Below, piece after piece: positions 27,693-36,211 of a DNA stretch of 64,000 bases (positions are counted from its first letter, which is position 1; each line of letters opens with the position of its first letter). The stretch spans positions 1,264 through 65,263 of the forward strand of contig CALGNK010000010.1 in the NCBI GenBank assembly GCA_937958695.1. The letters are read 5' to 3'. The translations under genes were made by a program, and so were the position numbers. Below the pieces are notes generated by a model. The model had not been told where the DNA came from. It searched no databases and saw only the letters and a list, made by a program, of their open reading frames with translations. The stretch comes from an uncultured bacterium (GTDB lineage: Bacteria > DUMJ01).

Positions 27693-28393
27693 TGAGGTGG
27701 CTTATTTTACTTGTCTCTCCATCTGAAGCTTGGGAATATGTTAAGAATACCAACTGGCTCATTATTCCCATTTTGGTGGGAATCTTATCAGCACTCTGTA
27801 GTTTTTACATTACTATAGATCCCAATGTTATGTATCTTAAGGCTGAGACGATTGTAAGATTATCTCGTAATAGCTTTTTCTCACTACCAGAAGGGGAAGG
27901 GATTATAAAACTATCTATCACTCTAGGGTTTATTATGCTACCATTATGGTATATCTTTAGAACTATAGTTTCTAGTATGATTGCAAAAAGGATACTTAAG
28001 TATATAGAGTATAAGAAACTTTTAATTATCTTTTCTTTATCTCTTTTACCAATTATTCCTTTAAGATTCATTATTCTGTACTTTATTAAGGTTAAAGGCT
28101 TAAAAGACCTAGTTGACCTTAGAGACCTTTATATAACACTGAGCCCTGTTCTATTCTATGCATTAAATAGAGATATACTTAAGAACGATATGCTCTATAT
28201 GTTTCTTAGAGAGATAAGCTTGCAGAATATCTGGACTATGGTTATATTTGCAGGTCTTTCTTCTAAAGAAGGTATAGATACTAGAAGAGGTATATTGGCT
28301 TTTCTTATCGTTCTAGCAGTTATGAGAATTATAGAGATACTTTGGGAGAATTATAGCTATAATATAATCTGGTTTCTTCTTGTTGGAGGTTGA
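27692..28393 (+). CDS. Yip1-family integral membrane protein (5 TM)
   Basis: N-terminal motif LVSPSEAWEYVKNTNWLIIPILVGIL, typical of bacterial YIP1 proteins, and five hydrophobic segments. GTG start overlaps the previous TAG by 1 nt. Confidence 0.6.
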   Translation: MRWLILLVSPSEAWEYVKNTNWLIIPILVGILSALCSFYITIDPNVMYLKAETIVRLSRNSFFSLPEGEGIIKLSITLGFIMLPLWYIFRTIVSSMIAKRILKYIEYKKLLIIFSLSLLPIIPLRFIILYFIKVKGLKDLVDLRDLYITLSPVLFYALNRDILKNDMLYMFLREISLQNIWTMVIFAGLSSKEGIDTRRGILAFLIVLAVMRIIEILWENYSYNIIWFLLVGG

Positions 28394-28395
28394 GT

Positions 28396-29760
28396 ATGAG
28401 AAAGAAGTTAGGTATTACTGCGCTTATTGTAAGTATTTTATGGGTTATGTATCTTGGTTTTATATATAATAGAACTTATTTCGAACATTACCCTAAGGTT
28501 ACTGTTACCGTTGCCGAGAGAAAACCTTTTATTCAGGATATATCTACAATTGGTTATATAGAGCCTGCTGTTAGGTCTACTATAAGGAGTACTGTATCAG
28601 GAAAGGTCTTAGAAATAATGGTTAATGTTGGAGACTATGTAAGGAAAGGGGATCCTCTATTTCGTATAGAATCCCCAGATTTAGAACTTCAGATAGAGCA
28701 GGCTAAGTTAAATATAGAAAAGCTCAAGATAGAAGAAGAAAAGCTAAAAAGTGAAGTTTATGATATATCTCAGCATGAGGTAAATCTAAAAAGAGAGGAG
28801 GAAAATCTTAATAGAGCTCAAAAGGAGTTAGAAAAGGCAGAGTTTCTCTTTAAGAATGGGATTATTACCCTCTCAGAATACAGTAACTATAAAAATCTAT
28901 ATACCCAGGCAAAGCTTACCTATGAACTGGCAGAGAAGAATTATAGAATTAGTAAAAGACAGTATGAAATACAAGAAAAACTTAAGACCGATAACCTTTT
29001 GGTTTTGCACAAGAGTATAAAAAATGCCAAGGCACAATTAAAAAATTTGGAAGATCAGAGGTTGGTTAAAGCTAGTATAGAAGGTAGGATAGTTTCTATC
29101 TTTGTAAAGAAGGGAGAATATGTTACAGTTGGAACCCCTATTGTCTATATGGCTGACGAGAGAAAATTAATGGTATCCTCTGTAGTAGATCCAAAATATA
29201 TAGATAGGGTCAAAATTGGTCAGGAGATAAGATTTAAGGTTGACCCACTCTCTACCAAGGAGTATAAGGGAGAAGTAGATTCTATATCAGAGGGAACAGA
29301 GGAATTGATGGGTAAGACTGGTATAAAGGTTACTGGAAGAATAAAGGATAAGATACCGGGTATCAAGGTTAATATGCCTGTGTATTCAAGGATTTTAGTA
29401 CGGAGTAAGGAACTTAGTGTAGTTGTTCCTGTAGCAAGTATATATCAGGAGACCCCTAAAGGTGAGGAAAATCCCCTGTATTATTTGAGTCCACCCAGCC
29501 CAAAAGATGTTGAATATTACGTTTTTGTGCTTGAAAGAACACCTATAACTACTGATGACAGAGAACTTAGAAGATTGATAAGAGATAACGTTCAAGTTGT
29601 GAGAAAGAGAAAAGTTGAGGTAGGCGGGGTTAGTGAAGGCGAAGCGGAGATTATTAGCGGTTTGAATCAATTTGAAAAAGTAGTTACATATAGTAGCAGA
29701 TCGCTTAACGATTATGATAGGGTTATAGTTATAGAGAGAGAAAAATGGGCAAAGGATTAG
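28396..29760 (+). CDS. HlyD-family periplasmic adaptor (membrane fusion protein)
   Basis: ORF track 28390..29760. ATG at 28396 lies 6 nt after GGAGG. N-terminal TM anchor, lipoyl-like motif (GKVLEIMVNVGDYVRKGDPLFRIESPDL), a ~150-aa coiled-coil hairpin, then a beta-barrel domain. Confidence 0.85.
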   Translation: MRKKLGITALIVSILWVMYLGFIYNRTYFEHYPKVTVTVAERKPFIQDISTIGYIEPAVRSTIRSTVSGKVLEIMVNVGDYVRKGDPLFRIESPDLELQIEQAKLNIEKLKIEEEKLKSEVYDISQHEVNLKREEENLNRAQKELEKAEFLFKNGIITLSEYSNYKNLYTQAKLTYELAEKNYRISKRQYEIQEKLKTDNLLVLHKSIKNAKAQLKNLEDQRLVKASIEGRIVSIFVKKGEYVTVGTPIVYMADERKLMVSSVVDPKYIDRVKIGQEIRFKVDPLSTKEYKGEVDSISEGTEELMGKTGIKVTGRIKDKIPGIKVNMPVYSRILVRSKELSVVVPVASIYQETPKGEENPLYYLSPPSPKDVEYYVFVLERTPITTDDRELRRLIRDNVQVVRKRKVEVGGVSEGEAEIISGLNQFEKVVTYSSRSLNDYDRVIVIEREKWAKD

Positions 29761-30803
29761 AGGGAGTAAAGATAGGGATAGCTGTTATGCTTGTTTCTCT
29801 TGTATTAGGTTCACTAGAGTCTATTAGATTTGGCTTAGGGTATAATATCTTTACCTATGGGATGGATATATTTGCAGTTTCTCCATATCTAACAGAGGAG
29901 ATGAAATTAGAACCTCTTACCTGGGAAGATGCTAAGGCTATAGCAGACATACCTGGTGTGAAGTCAGTAGATAGTGTAAAAAAGGGTACCGCTAAGGTTT
30001 TATTAAGAGCCGAAGAGACAAATATGAATATCACCCTAATTACTCCAAATTTTGTAGACATTATTGGGAGAAGGCTAATAGATGGAAGAAATTTCACAAG
30101 TACTGATTTTTCTAGGTCTTATAAGGTTGTTCTTCTTCCAGAGAACACTAAGGACATACTCTTTAGTAAAGATGTAAATCCTCTTGGGAGCGAGATATAT
30201 ATAAACAGGGAGAGATTTATTGTAGTTGGTATCCTGGGTCAGGCATTTATGGAGAAGATAATAAATAGGTTTAAGATACTGAGGGATTATCTGCCTATGA
30301 TATCACAATTGGCAGAACTTATATATCCAAAAAGAGAGCTTTTAATACCTTTATACTACGATCCTTATGATAGATTAGATGCTTTAATAATAACTGTTTA
30401 TCCAAAGTATTCTTGGGGAACCTTTAAGGCAGTCTTAAAGGATGAGATAGTAAGGACATTAAGATTTAGACATATAGGGGAAAGTGATTATGAGGTATTC
30501 AATCTACACGAAAGGCTTTTAGCATTTAAGGTTTATCTATTGATCTTTCTCTCAGTAATGTTTGTTATATCTGTAATACTTATAGCATCTGCTTTTCTAA
30601 GAACTAGAGGTATTCTTTTCAGAGATAAGATACTTCTATTTTTAATTTGGATAACTGTAGGAGAACTTTCAGGATTATTGTTATCTAGAGTTGTTACAAT
30701 TAGGTTAGATATACCTCCATCACCGGTTTGGTGTTTCTTAGTAGGATTTTTCATACCATTCTTTATTTGGTGTAGATATGAGATTAAGAAGATTAAACTA
30801 TAG
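29745..30803 (+). CDS. MacB/FtsX-type permease with periplasmic MacB_PCD-like domain and short, degenerate FtsX C-terminal domain
   Basis: TM1, then a ~230-aa extracytoplasmic domain with MacB-like strings (LTWEDAKAIADIPGVKSV; PLGSEIYINRERFIVVGIL), then three C-terminal TMs. The usual (R/K)xxEIGxxKAxGA loop is only vaguely present (LRTRGILFRDK). No adjacent ATPase. Confidence 0.6.
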   Translation: MGKGLEGVKIGIAVMLVSLVLGSLESIRFGLGYNIFTYGMDIFAVSPYLTEEMKLEPLTWEDAKAIADIPGVKSVDSVKKGTAKVLLRAEETNMNITLITPNFVDIIGRRLIDGRNFTSTDFSRSYKVVLLPENTKDILFSKDVNPLGSEIYINRERFIVVGILGQAFMEKIINRFKILRDYLPMISQLAELIYPKRELLIPLYYDPYDRLDALIITVYPKYSWGTFKAVLKDEIVRTLRFRHIGESDYEVFNLHERLLAFKVYLLIFLSVMFVISVILIASAFLRTRGILFRDKILLFLIWITVGELSGLLLSRVVTIRLDIPPSPVWCFLVGFFIPFFIWCRYEIKKIKL

Positions 30804-31662
30804 ACAAAAGAATATACTGATGAGTTATATAGCCATATCTCCATGGCTTATAGGGTTTGCTGTCTTTTTTGTATTCCCTCTATTATTCTCCATCGTCTTA
30901 AGTTTTCTAAAATGGAGCTTTAATGGAAGCACATTTGTATGGCTTGATAACTATAAGGAAGCACTTTTTAACGATAGGGATTTCTGGTATAGCCTAGGTG
31001 TAACATTAGGTTATGGTGTTATAAGTATTCCATTTACAATACTATTCTCGCTTATACTTGCCCTTCTCATAAATCAAAAGGTAAAAGGGATAGGTTTTTT
31101 TAGAATGGTGTATTTCTTACCAGTAGTAGCTGCTTCAGATGTTGTCGTAGCCAAGATAGGTCCTGAAATATTTAGTAAAATGGTCAGTGTAAATGTAACA
31201 TTGGAGACATTTGGCATTCAGGTCAATCCAGATGTCCAAAACTTTATAGGGCTCTTTTCTACCCTAATTACTCTAGGACTATGGCGTGTAGGTATTCAGA
31301 TGCTTATATTTTTAGCTGGTCTTCAGAGTATAGACCCTCAGATATATGAGGCGGTAGAATTAGATGGTGCCAGCTGGTGGAAGAGCCTCTGGGCAATAAC
31401 TATTCCTCTTTTAGGTCCCTTTATAGTTATTAATGTCGTCTTTACTGTAATTGAGTCTTTTACTAATGTCTTTACAATAGCAAGGGTACTAGCAGGGGGA
31501 AGAAGTGTAACTCCTTTCTTTATGGACTATGTATATAGACTCAGTTTTGAACAGTATAGGCTTGGATATGGATCTGCGGTAAGCTGGATATTTCTTATTA
31601 TTGTTATCTCATTAGTGCTATTAGCTTACTATTACTCTCAGAAGTATCTAGTTGAGAGGTAA
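30778..31662 (+). CDS. carbohydrate ABC transporter permease (CUT1, MalF/UgpA-like)
   Basis: Six TM segments and EAA loop YEAVELDGASWWKSLWAITIPLL. Confidence 0.85.
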   Translation: MRLRRLNYRQKNILMSYIAISPWLIGFAVFFVFPLLFSIVLSFLKWSFNGSTFVWLDNYKEALFNDRDFWYSLGVTLGYGVISIPFTILFSLILALLINQKVKGIGFFRMVYFLPVVAASDVVVAKIGPEIFSKMVSVNVTLETFGIQVNPDVQNFIGLFSTLITLGLWRVGIQMLIFLAGLQSIDPQIYEAVELDGASWWKSLWAITIPLLGPFIVINVVFTVIESFTNVFTIARVLAGGRSVTPFFMDYVYRLSFEQYRLGYGSAVSWIFLIIVISLVLLAYYYSQKYLVER

Positions 31663-31668
31663 GAGAAG

Positions 31669-32571
31669 ATGAAGTACAAGACTAACATCCTCTATAAGAT
31701 TAAAAGGATAATACCAAAGCTTATAATCTACTTTTTACTTATTGATGGGGCTTTTATATTCCTCTATCCCATTGGGAGGACGGTAGTCATATCCCTTATG
31801 ACTATAGAGGACTATATGGATCCTTCGGTGAATTGGATCCCAAATAGGTTAAACTTTAGAAATTATATAGATGTATTAAAACCTATGGAATTCTTTACCG
31901 CCTTTTCTAATACTGTAAAACTGACAGTGTTCTGCATCTTAGGACAGGTCTTATCCTCTGCTCTTGTTGGATATGGCCTTGCTAGAGGTAAGATTCCTGG
32001 AAAAGAGGTTATTATGATGATAATACTTGCTACCCTTGTTGTTCCTCCTCAGACTCTCCTCATACCTTACTACATCCTATATCACAGATTAAACCTCTTA
32101 GATTCACTTAATGTATTTATTATTCCTTCTTTCTTTGGCTTTGGAATATATGCACCTCTATGCATATTTGTCTTCAGACAAGTATTTAATACACTTCCGA
32201 CTGAACTAGAAGATGCAGCCATAATAGATGGTGCAGATTTCTTTAGGTGTTTCTGGTATGTCTATCTTCCACTATCTAGGTCTGCCTTTGTAACGGTAGG
32301 ACTCTTCACCTTTGTCTGGTATTGGAACGAGTATGCCAGGAGCATCATCTTCTTTAATAATATAAGGACTATTCCTATAGCTCTATCTCTACTATTCTCT
32401 GCCGATCCTGCATATGTAGGTACAGGCTTTGGTGGTATGAATATTAGTGTTGTGACCTATCCTATGATGATGTCTGCGGTTATGCTGACTATACTTCCCT
32501 GTCTAATTTTATACCTCTTTACACAGAAATACTATTTAACTGCTATAGAACAAGTTGGGATAAAGGGATAA
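31669..32571 (+). CDS. carbohydrate ABC transporter permease (CUT1, MalG/UgpE-like)
   Basis: Six TM segments and EAA loop LEDAAIIDGADFFRCFWYVYLPL. Confidence 0.85.
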   Translation: MKYKTNILYKIKRIIPKLIIYFLLIDGAFIFLYPIGRTVVISLMTIEDYMDPSVNWIPNRLNFRNYIDVLKPMEFFTAFSNTVKLTVFCILGQVLSSALVGYGLARGKIPGKEVIMMIILATLVVPPQTLLIPYYILYHRLNLLDSLNVFIIPSFFGFGIYAPLCIFVFRQVFNTLPTELEDAAIIDGADFFRCFWYVYLPLSRSAFVTVGLFTFVWYWNEYARSIIFFNNIRTIPIALSLLFSADPAYVGTGFGGMNISVVTYPMMMSAVMLTILPCLILYLFTQKYYLTAIEQVGIKG

Positions 32572-32587
32572 AACTATGCTTATCCTA

Positions 32588-32616
32588 TTGACATTTAGGT
32601 CAATTTGACCCATAAT
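32588..32616 (+). promoter_or_regulatory. sigma70 promoter TTGACA-17 nt-CATAAT upstream of speH
   Basis: TTGACA at 32588-32593 and CATAAT at 32611-32616 with a 17-nt spacer. Confidence 0.55.
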
Positions 32617-32662
32617 AATGTAGCTAATAATCAGGAAAGAAAGGGAGTGTGAATAGGAAGAA

Positions 32663-33046
32663 GTGTATGGGCCACATTTAATGTTAGATTGTTATGGCAG
32701 TCCGAAGAGTATATTGGCAGATGTGAGTTTTCTATATGAGGTTTTAGATGAACTGCCAAGTATAATTGGTATGCATAAGATTATGCCACCATATGTCTTT
32801 AAGTATGATAGCAAAGATATTCCAGAAGACTGGGGACTCTCAGGGATAGTTTTGATAGCTGAGAGCCATATAGCTATACATACGTATCCAGAGAAGGAAT
32901 ACTTTACAGTGGATATCTTCTCCTGTAAAGAGTTTGATCTAGAGATTGCTAAGAGGTACTTAACGGAGAAGTTTAAGGTTAAAAGATATGAGTTTCATCA
33001 TATAGATAGGGGATTAGAATTCCCAAGGAGCACTCCTAAGGTGTGA
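32663..33046 (+). CDS. speH: S-adenosylmethionine decarboxylase proenzyme, small (SpeH/class 1) type
   Basis: 127 aa with self-processing site context LIAESHIAIHTYPE (cleavage E/S gives pyruvoyl) and FSC motif (DIFSCKEF). Confidence 0.9.
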   Translation: MYGPHLMLDCYGSPKSILADVSFLYEVLDELPSIIGMHKIMPPYVFKYDSKDIPEDWGLSGIVLIAESHIAIHTYPEKEYFTVDIFSCKEFDLEIAKRYLTEKFKVKRYEFHHIDRGLEFPRSTPKV

Positions 33047-33927
33047 TGTCTTTTTATACTCATTACATCACCTTTGGTGACTTTCCAGAAGAATATAAGG
33101 ATATAGAGAAGGCTAAAGCGATTATAGTTCCTGTCCCCCTAGAGGAAACAGGAACGTATCTCTCTGGTACTCGTTTTGCTCCCGATGAAATAATATTAGC
33201 TTCTAGGGCACTTGAATGGTTTGATGAGTCTTTAGATTTTGAACCTTTTAGGAAGGGTATAGCTACTATAGCCTCTCCACTCTGGGAAAGGGGGAATGTG
33301 ATGTCCTGCTTATCTCAGGTTGAAGAGGTTGTGAAAGAAATAGTCAACCAAGGTAAGTTCCCTATAATAATTGGAGGAGAACATACGGTTACTATAGCTG
33401 ATATAAAGGGTGTCCTACAAAATTATGATAACCTTTCATGTCTTATATTTGATGCACATGCTGACCTTAGAAATATCTATGATAGATCTTCTTTTAGCCA
33501 TGCCTGTGTAACAAGAAGGATTGCAGAACTTGATGTTGAGAGTATTGTAGAGGTTGGGATAAGAAGTCTTTCCTTAGAAGAGAATGAATATATAAACTCA
33601 GTTGATAATATTAGAGGGATAAAAGCTAGAGATTTTCTAAGGGATCCAAAATTCTTTATAGACCATATATCTAGCATGCTAAGTGATAATGTGTTTATCT
33701 CTATAGATATGGATGTATTTGATCCTTCCCTTGTTCCTGCCGTTGGGACCCCTGAGCCTGGAGGACTTCTATGGTATAATGTAATTGATATCTTAGAGGA
33801 GGTTTTTGCCCATAAAAATGTAGTAGGATGTGATGTTGTAGAGCTTTTAGGGATTAATAAGACGTCCTGTTTTATAACTGCTAAACTTATCTATAAACTT
33901 ATTGCGTACAAGTTTTTCTATGAGTAG
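33043..33927 (+). CDS. speB: agmatinase-family ureohydrolase (agmatinase or N1-aminopropylagmatine ureohydrolase)
   Basis: Arginase-fold Mn ligands: [27 protein letters not shown]. Start overlaps the speH stop (GTGATG). Confidence 0.85.
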   Translation: MMSFYTHYITFGDFPEEYKDIEKAKAIIVPVPLEETGTYLSGTRFAPDEIILASRALEWFDESLDFEPFRKGIATIASPLWERGNVMSCLSQVEEVVKEIVNQGKFPIIIGGEHTVTIADIKGVLQNYDNLSCLIFDAHADLRNIYDRSSFSHACVTRRIAELDVESIVEVGIRSLSLEENEYINSVDNIRGIKARDFLRDPKFFIDHISSMLSDNVFISIDMDVFDPSLVPAVGTPEPGGLLWYNVIDILEEVFAHKNVVGCDVVELLGINKTSCFITAKLIYKLIAYKFFYE

Positions 33928-34321
33928 AAGAAAGCTTCGCAGAAAGATATTTCAGTGGCTATTTGAACTTGAATTTAGGCCTGAAGCTATAGAAGAGATA
34001 GAGAAAAAATTGGATTTTGAATTCTTAGTTGGAGAGGATAGGGAATTTGCCCTTGATATTATTAAGGGGGTTTGGACTAAAAGAGAGGAGATAGATGAGA
34101 TAATTAAGTCCCACCTGAAAGGATGGGACTTTGAAAGGATATCTCCTGTGGACAAGAGTATACTGCGTATAGGTATATATGAACTCTGTTTCTATAAAAA
34201 TACTCCTCCCAAAGTAGCTATAAACGAAGCTGTAGAGTTATCTAAGTTATTTGGGAAAGATAGCTCTCCAGAGTTTATAAATGGCTTATTAGGGAAAGTT
34301 TTTAGAGGGAATGGAGTATAA
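33920..34321 (+). CDS. nusB: transcription antitermination factor NusB
   Basis: ORF track 33902..34321. ATG at 33920 ([12 protein letters not shown]..) is preferred. Conserved C-terminal [22 protein letters not shown]. Confidence 0.9.
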   Translation: MSRRKLRRKIFQWLFELEFRPEAIEEIEKKLDFEFLVGEDREFALDIIKGVWTKREEIDEIIKSHLKGWDFERISPVDKSILRIGIYELCFYKNTPPKVAINEAVELSKLFGKDSSPEFINGLLGKVFRGNGV

Positions 34322-34586
34322 AAGGATGGTAGTAACCCTTGGGGGAAGAGTCCAAGGGGTAGGATTTAGAAGCTTTGCTAGATATAAGGCATTTATGCTT
34401 GGAATAAAAGGATATGCAAGGAATACTTTTGACGGTAAGGTTGAGGTTGTTGCGGAGGGACCTTTAGAAAAACTTGATGAATTTTTGAAAGAGCTTAAAA
34501 GAGGTCCTACATCTGCTAGGGTAAGGGAAGTTGATGTCAGGTTTGAACCTCCAACATATGAATTCTACGACTTCTCAATCTACTAA
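34311..34586 (+). CDS. acyP: acylphosphatase
   Basis: 91 aa with motifs GRVQGVGFR and GYARN. Confidence 0.9.
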   Translation: MEYKRMVVTLGGRVQGVGFRSFARYKAFMLGIKGYARNTFDGKVEVVAEGPLEKLDEFLKELKRGPTSARVREVDVRFEPPTYEFYDFSIY

Positions 34587-35394
34587 AGAGAGACTTGATG
34601 CCCTTTTATTAAATTTAGGGCTTGTTTCTACTAGAAGTCAAGCTCAAGCACTTATTATGGCTGGAGAGGTCTTGGTAGATGGTAAGGTTGTTACTAAAAG
34701 TGGAACCTTGGTTAGAAAAGATGCAGAGATAGAAATAAAGAGACCTCCTGAGTATGTAAGTAGAGGAGGTTTTAAGTTAGAGAAGGCTATAAGAGAGTTT
34801 TCTATTGATGTAAAGGATAGGGTATGTGTAGATATAGGTGCTTCTACAGGTGGATTTACTCACTGTCTATTAAAGTTTGGAGCAAGACTTGTTTATGCTA
34901 TAGATGTTGGTAAGGGGCTTTTGCATTCTATCCTTGCTAATGATCCTAGAGTTAGGGTTATTGAGGGTTATAATGCAAGATATCTAGAACAAAGTCTATT
35001 CCCAATAAGACCTACTCTTTCAACTATAGATGTATCTTTTATCTCCGTTAGAAAGATTCTTCCTGCACTCGTTGATTGCCTTGAAGGGGAAAAGGAAATA
35101 ATAATACTTGTCAAGCCTCAATTTGAGGCTGAGTATAAGAGGGTAAGTAGAGGAGGAGTTGTTGTAAAGCCTGAGTTTCACATAGAGGTGATCAAAAAGG
35201 TTATGGAGTTTTCCGAAAGACTTTATCTATACCCTCATAATCTTACCTTTTCTCCTATAAAAGGGAAAGCTGGGAATATAGAATATTTACTGTATCTCTC
35301 TAGTGTAATGTCTACAAGAGAGATTGATATAGCAAAAATCGTAGAGGAGGCTTTTAGATATTTTGAAAATAATAGTATTACCACATCCACATAG
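34558..35394 (+). CDS. tlyA: TlyA-family 16S/23S rRNA (cytidine-2'-O)-methyltransferase
   Basis: ORF track 34531..35394. ATG at 34558 gives the usual N-terminus just before [13 protein letters not shown] (S4 domain). SAM motif VCVDIGASTGGFT. The start is uncertain. Confidence 0.85.
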   Translation: MNSTTSQSTKERLDALLLNLGLVSTRSQAQALIMAGEVLVDGKVVTKSGTLVRKDAEIEIKRPPEYVSRGGFKLEKAIREFSIDVKDRVCVDIGASTGGFTHCLLKFGARLVYAIDVGKGLLHSILANDPRVRVIEGYNARYLEQSLFPIRPTLSTIDVSFISVRKILPALVDCLEGEKEIIILVKPQFEAEYKRVSRGGVVVKPEFHIEVIKKVMEFSERLYLYPHNLTFSPIKGKAGNIEYLLYLSSVMSTREIDIAKIVEEAFRYFENNSITTST

Positions 35395-36211
35395 AAGAGA
35401 GGCTCGTGATGTAGGGAAAAGAATATTAGAGTATGCTTTCACTAAAGGGATCGAAGGAAGACTTTGTGAAGATTGGCCAGAAGATATTACTGAAAATTTC
35501 GATGTGGGGATTGTGATAGGTGGAGATGGGACCCTACTTAGTGCATCAAGGCTATTAAGCCCACTTGGAATTCCTATTCTTGGAGTAAAAGTAGGAGGTT
35601 TAGGTTTTCTTTTAGATGTAGAACCTGAAGACTATAAGCTTGCTATGGATAAACTAATGAATGGAGAATATTTTGTTGAGAAGAGGGGAACCTTAGAAGT
35701 GATCGTAGAGAGTGAAAATGTAATCAAAGGCAAATTCTTAGCTATCAATGATGCAGTTGTAAGCAAAGGGACATTCGCTAGGATGCTAGAGATAACTCTT
35801 TTTGTGAACAATAACTTAGTTGCTAGATATCCGGCAGATGGGATTATCGTTTCTACTCCAACAGGTTCTACTGCCTATTCTCTTTCTGCTGGTGGACCTA
35901 TAGTTTCTCCAAACTTAGATTGTATACTAGTGACACCTATATGTCCTCATTCTCTATTCTTAAGACCGTTACTCTTAAATCCAAAGGATACAATTGAAAT
36001 AGTAGTGGGAGAAAAGCATGAAGAGGTTATGCTTACTATAGATGGACAGCTAGGTTTACATCTTGATACAAAAGATAAGATTAGAGTGAATTTTAGTAAT
36101 GTTCACTGTAAACTTATTAGACTTAGTGAGAATTCCAATTTCTTTGCTGCCCTTAGAGAAAAGTTGCATTGGGGAGAGGGTATTGGAGATGCTCAGAGAG
36201 ATCTCCGTTAA
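35363..36211 (+). CDS. nadK: NAD+ kinase
   Basis: Motifs GGDGTLL, NDAVV and TPTGSTAYSLSAGGPIV. Confidence 0.9.
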   Translation: MKIIVLPHPHRREARDVGKRILEYAFTKGIEGRLCEDWPEDITENFDVGIVIGGDGTLLSASRLLSPLGIPILGVKVGGLGFLLDVEPEDYKLAMDKLMNGEYFVEKRGTLEVIVESENVIKGKFLAINDAVVSKGTFARMLEITLFVNNNLVARYPADGIIVSTPTGSTAYSLSAGGPIVSPNLDCILVTPICPHSLFLRPLLLNPKDTIEIVVGEKHEEVMLTIDGQLGLHLDTKDKIRVNFSNVHCKLIRLSENSNFFAALREKLHWGEGIGDAQRDLR

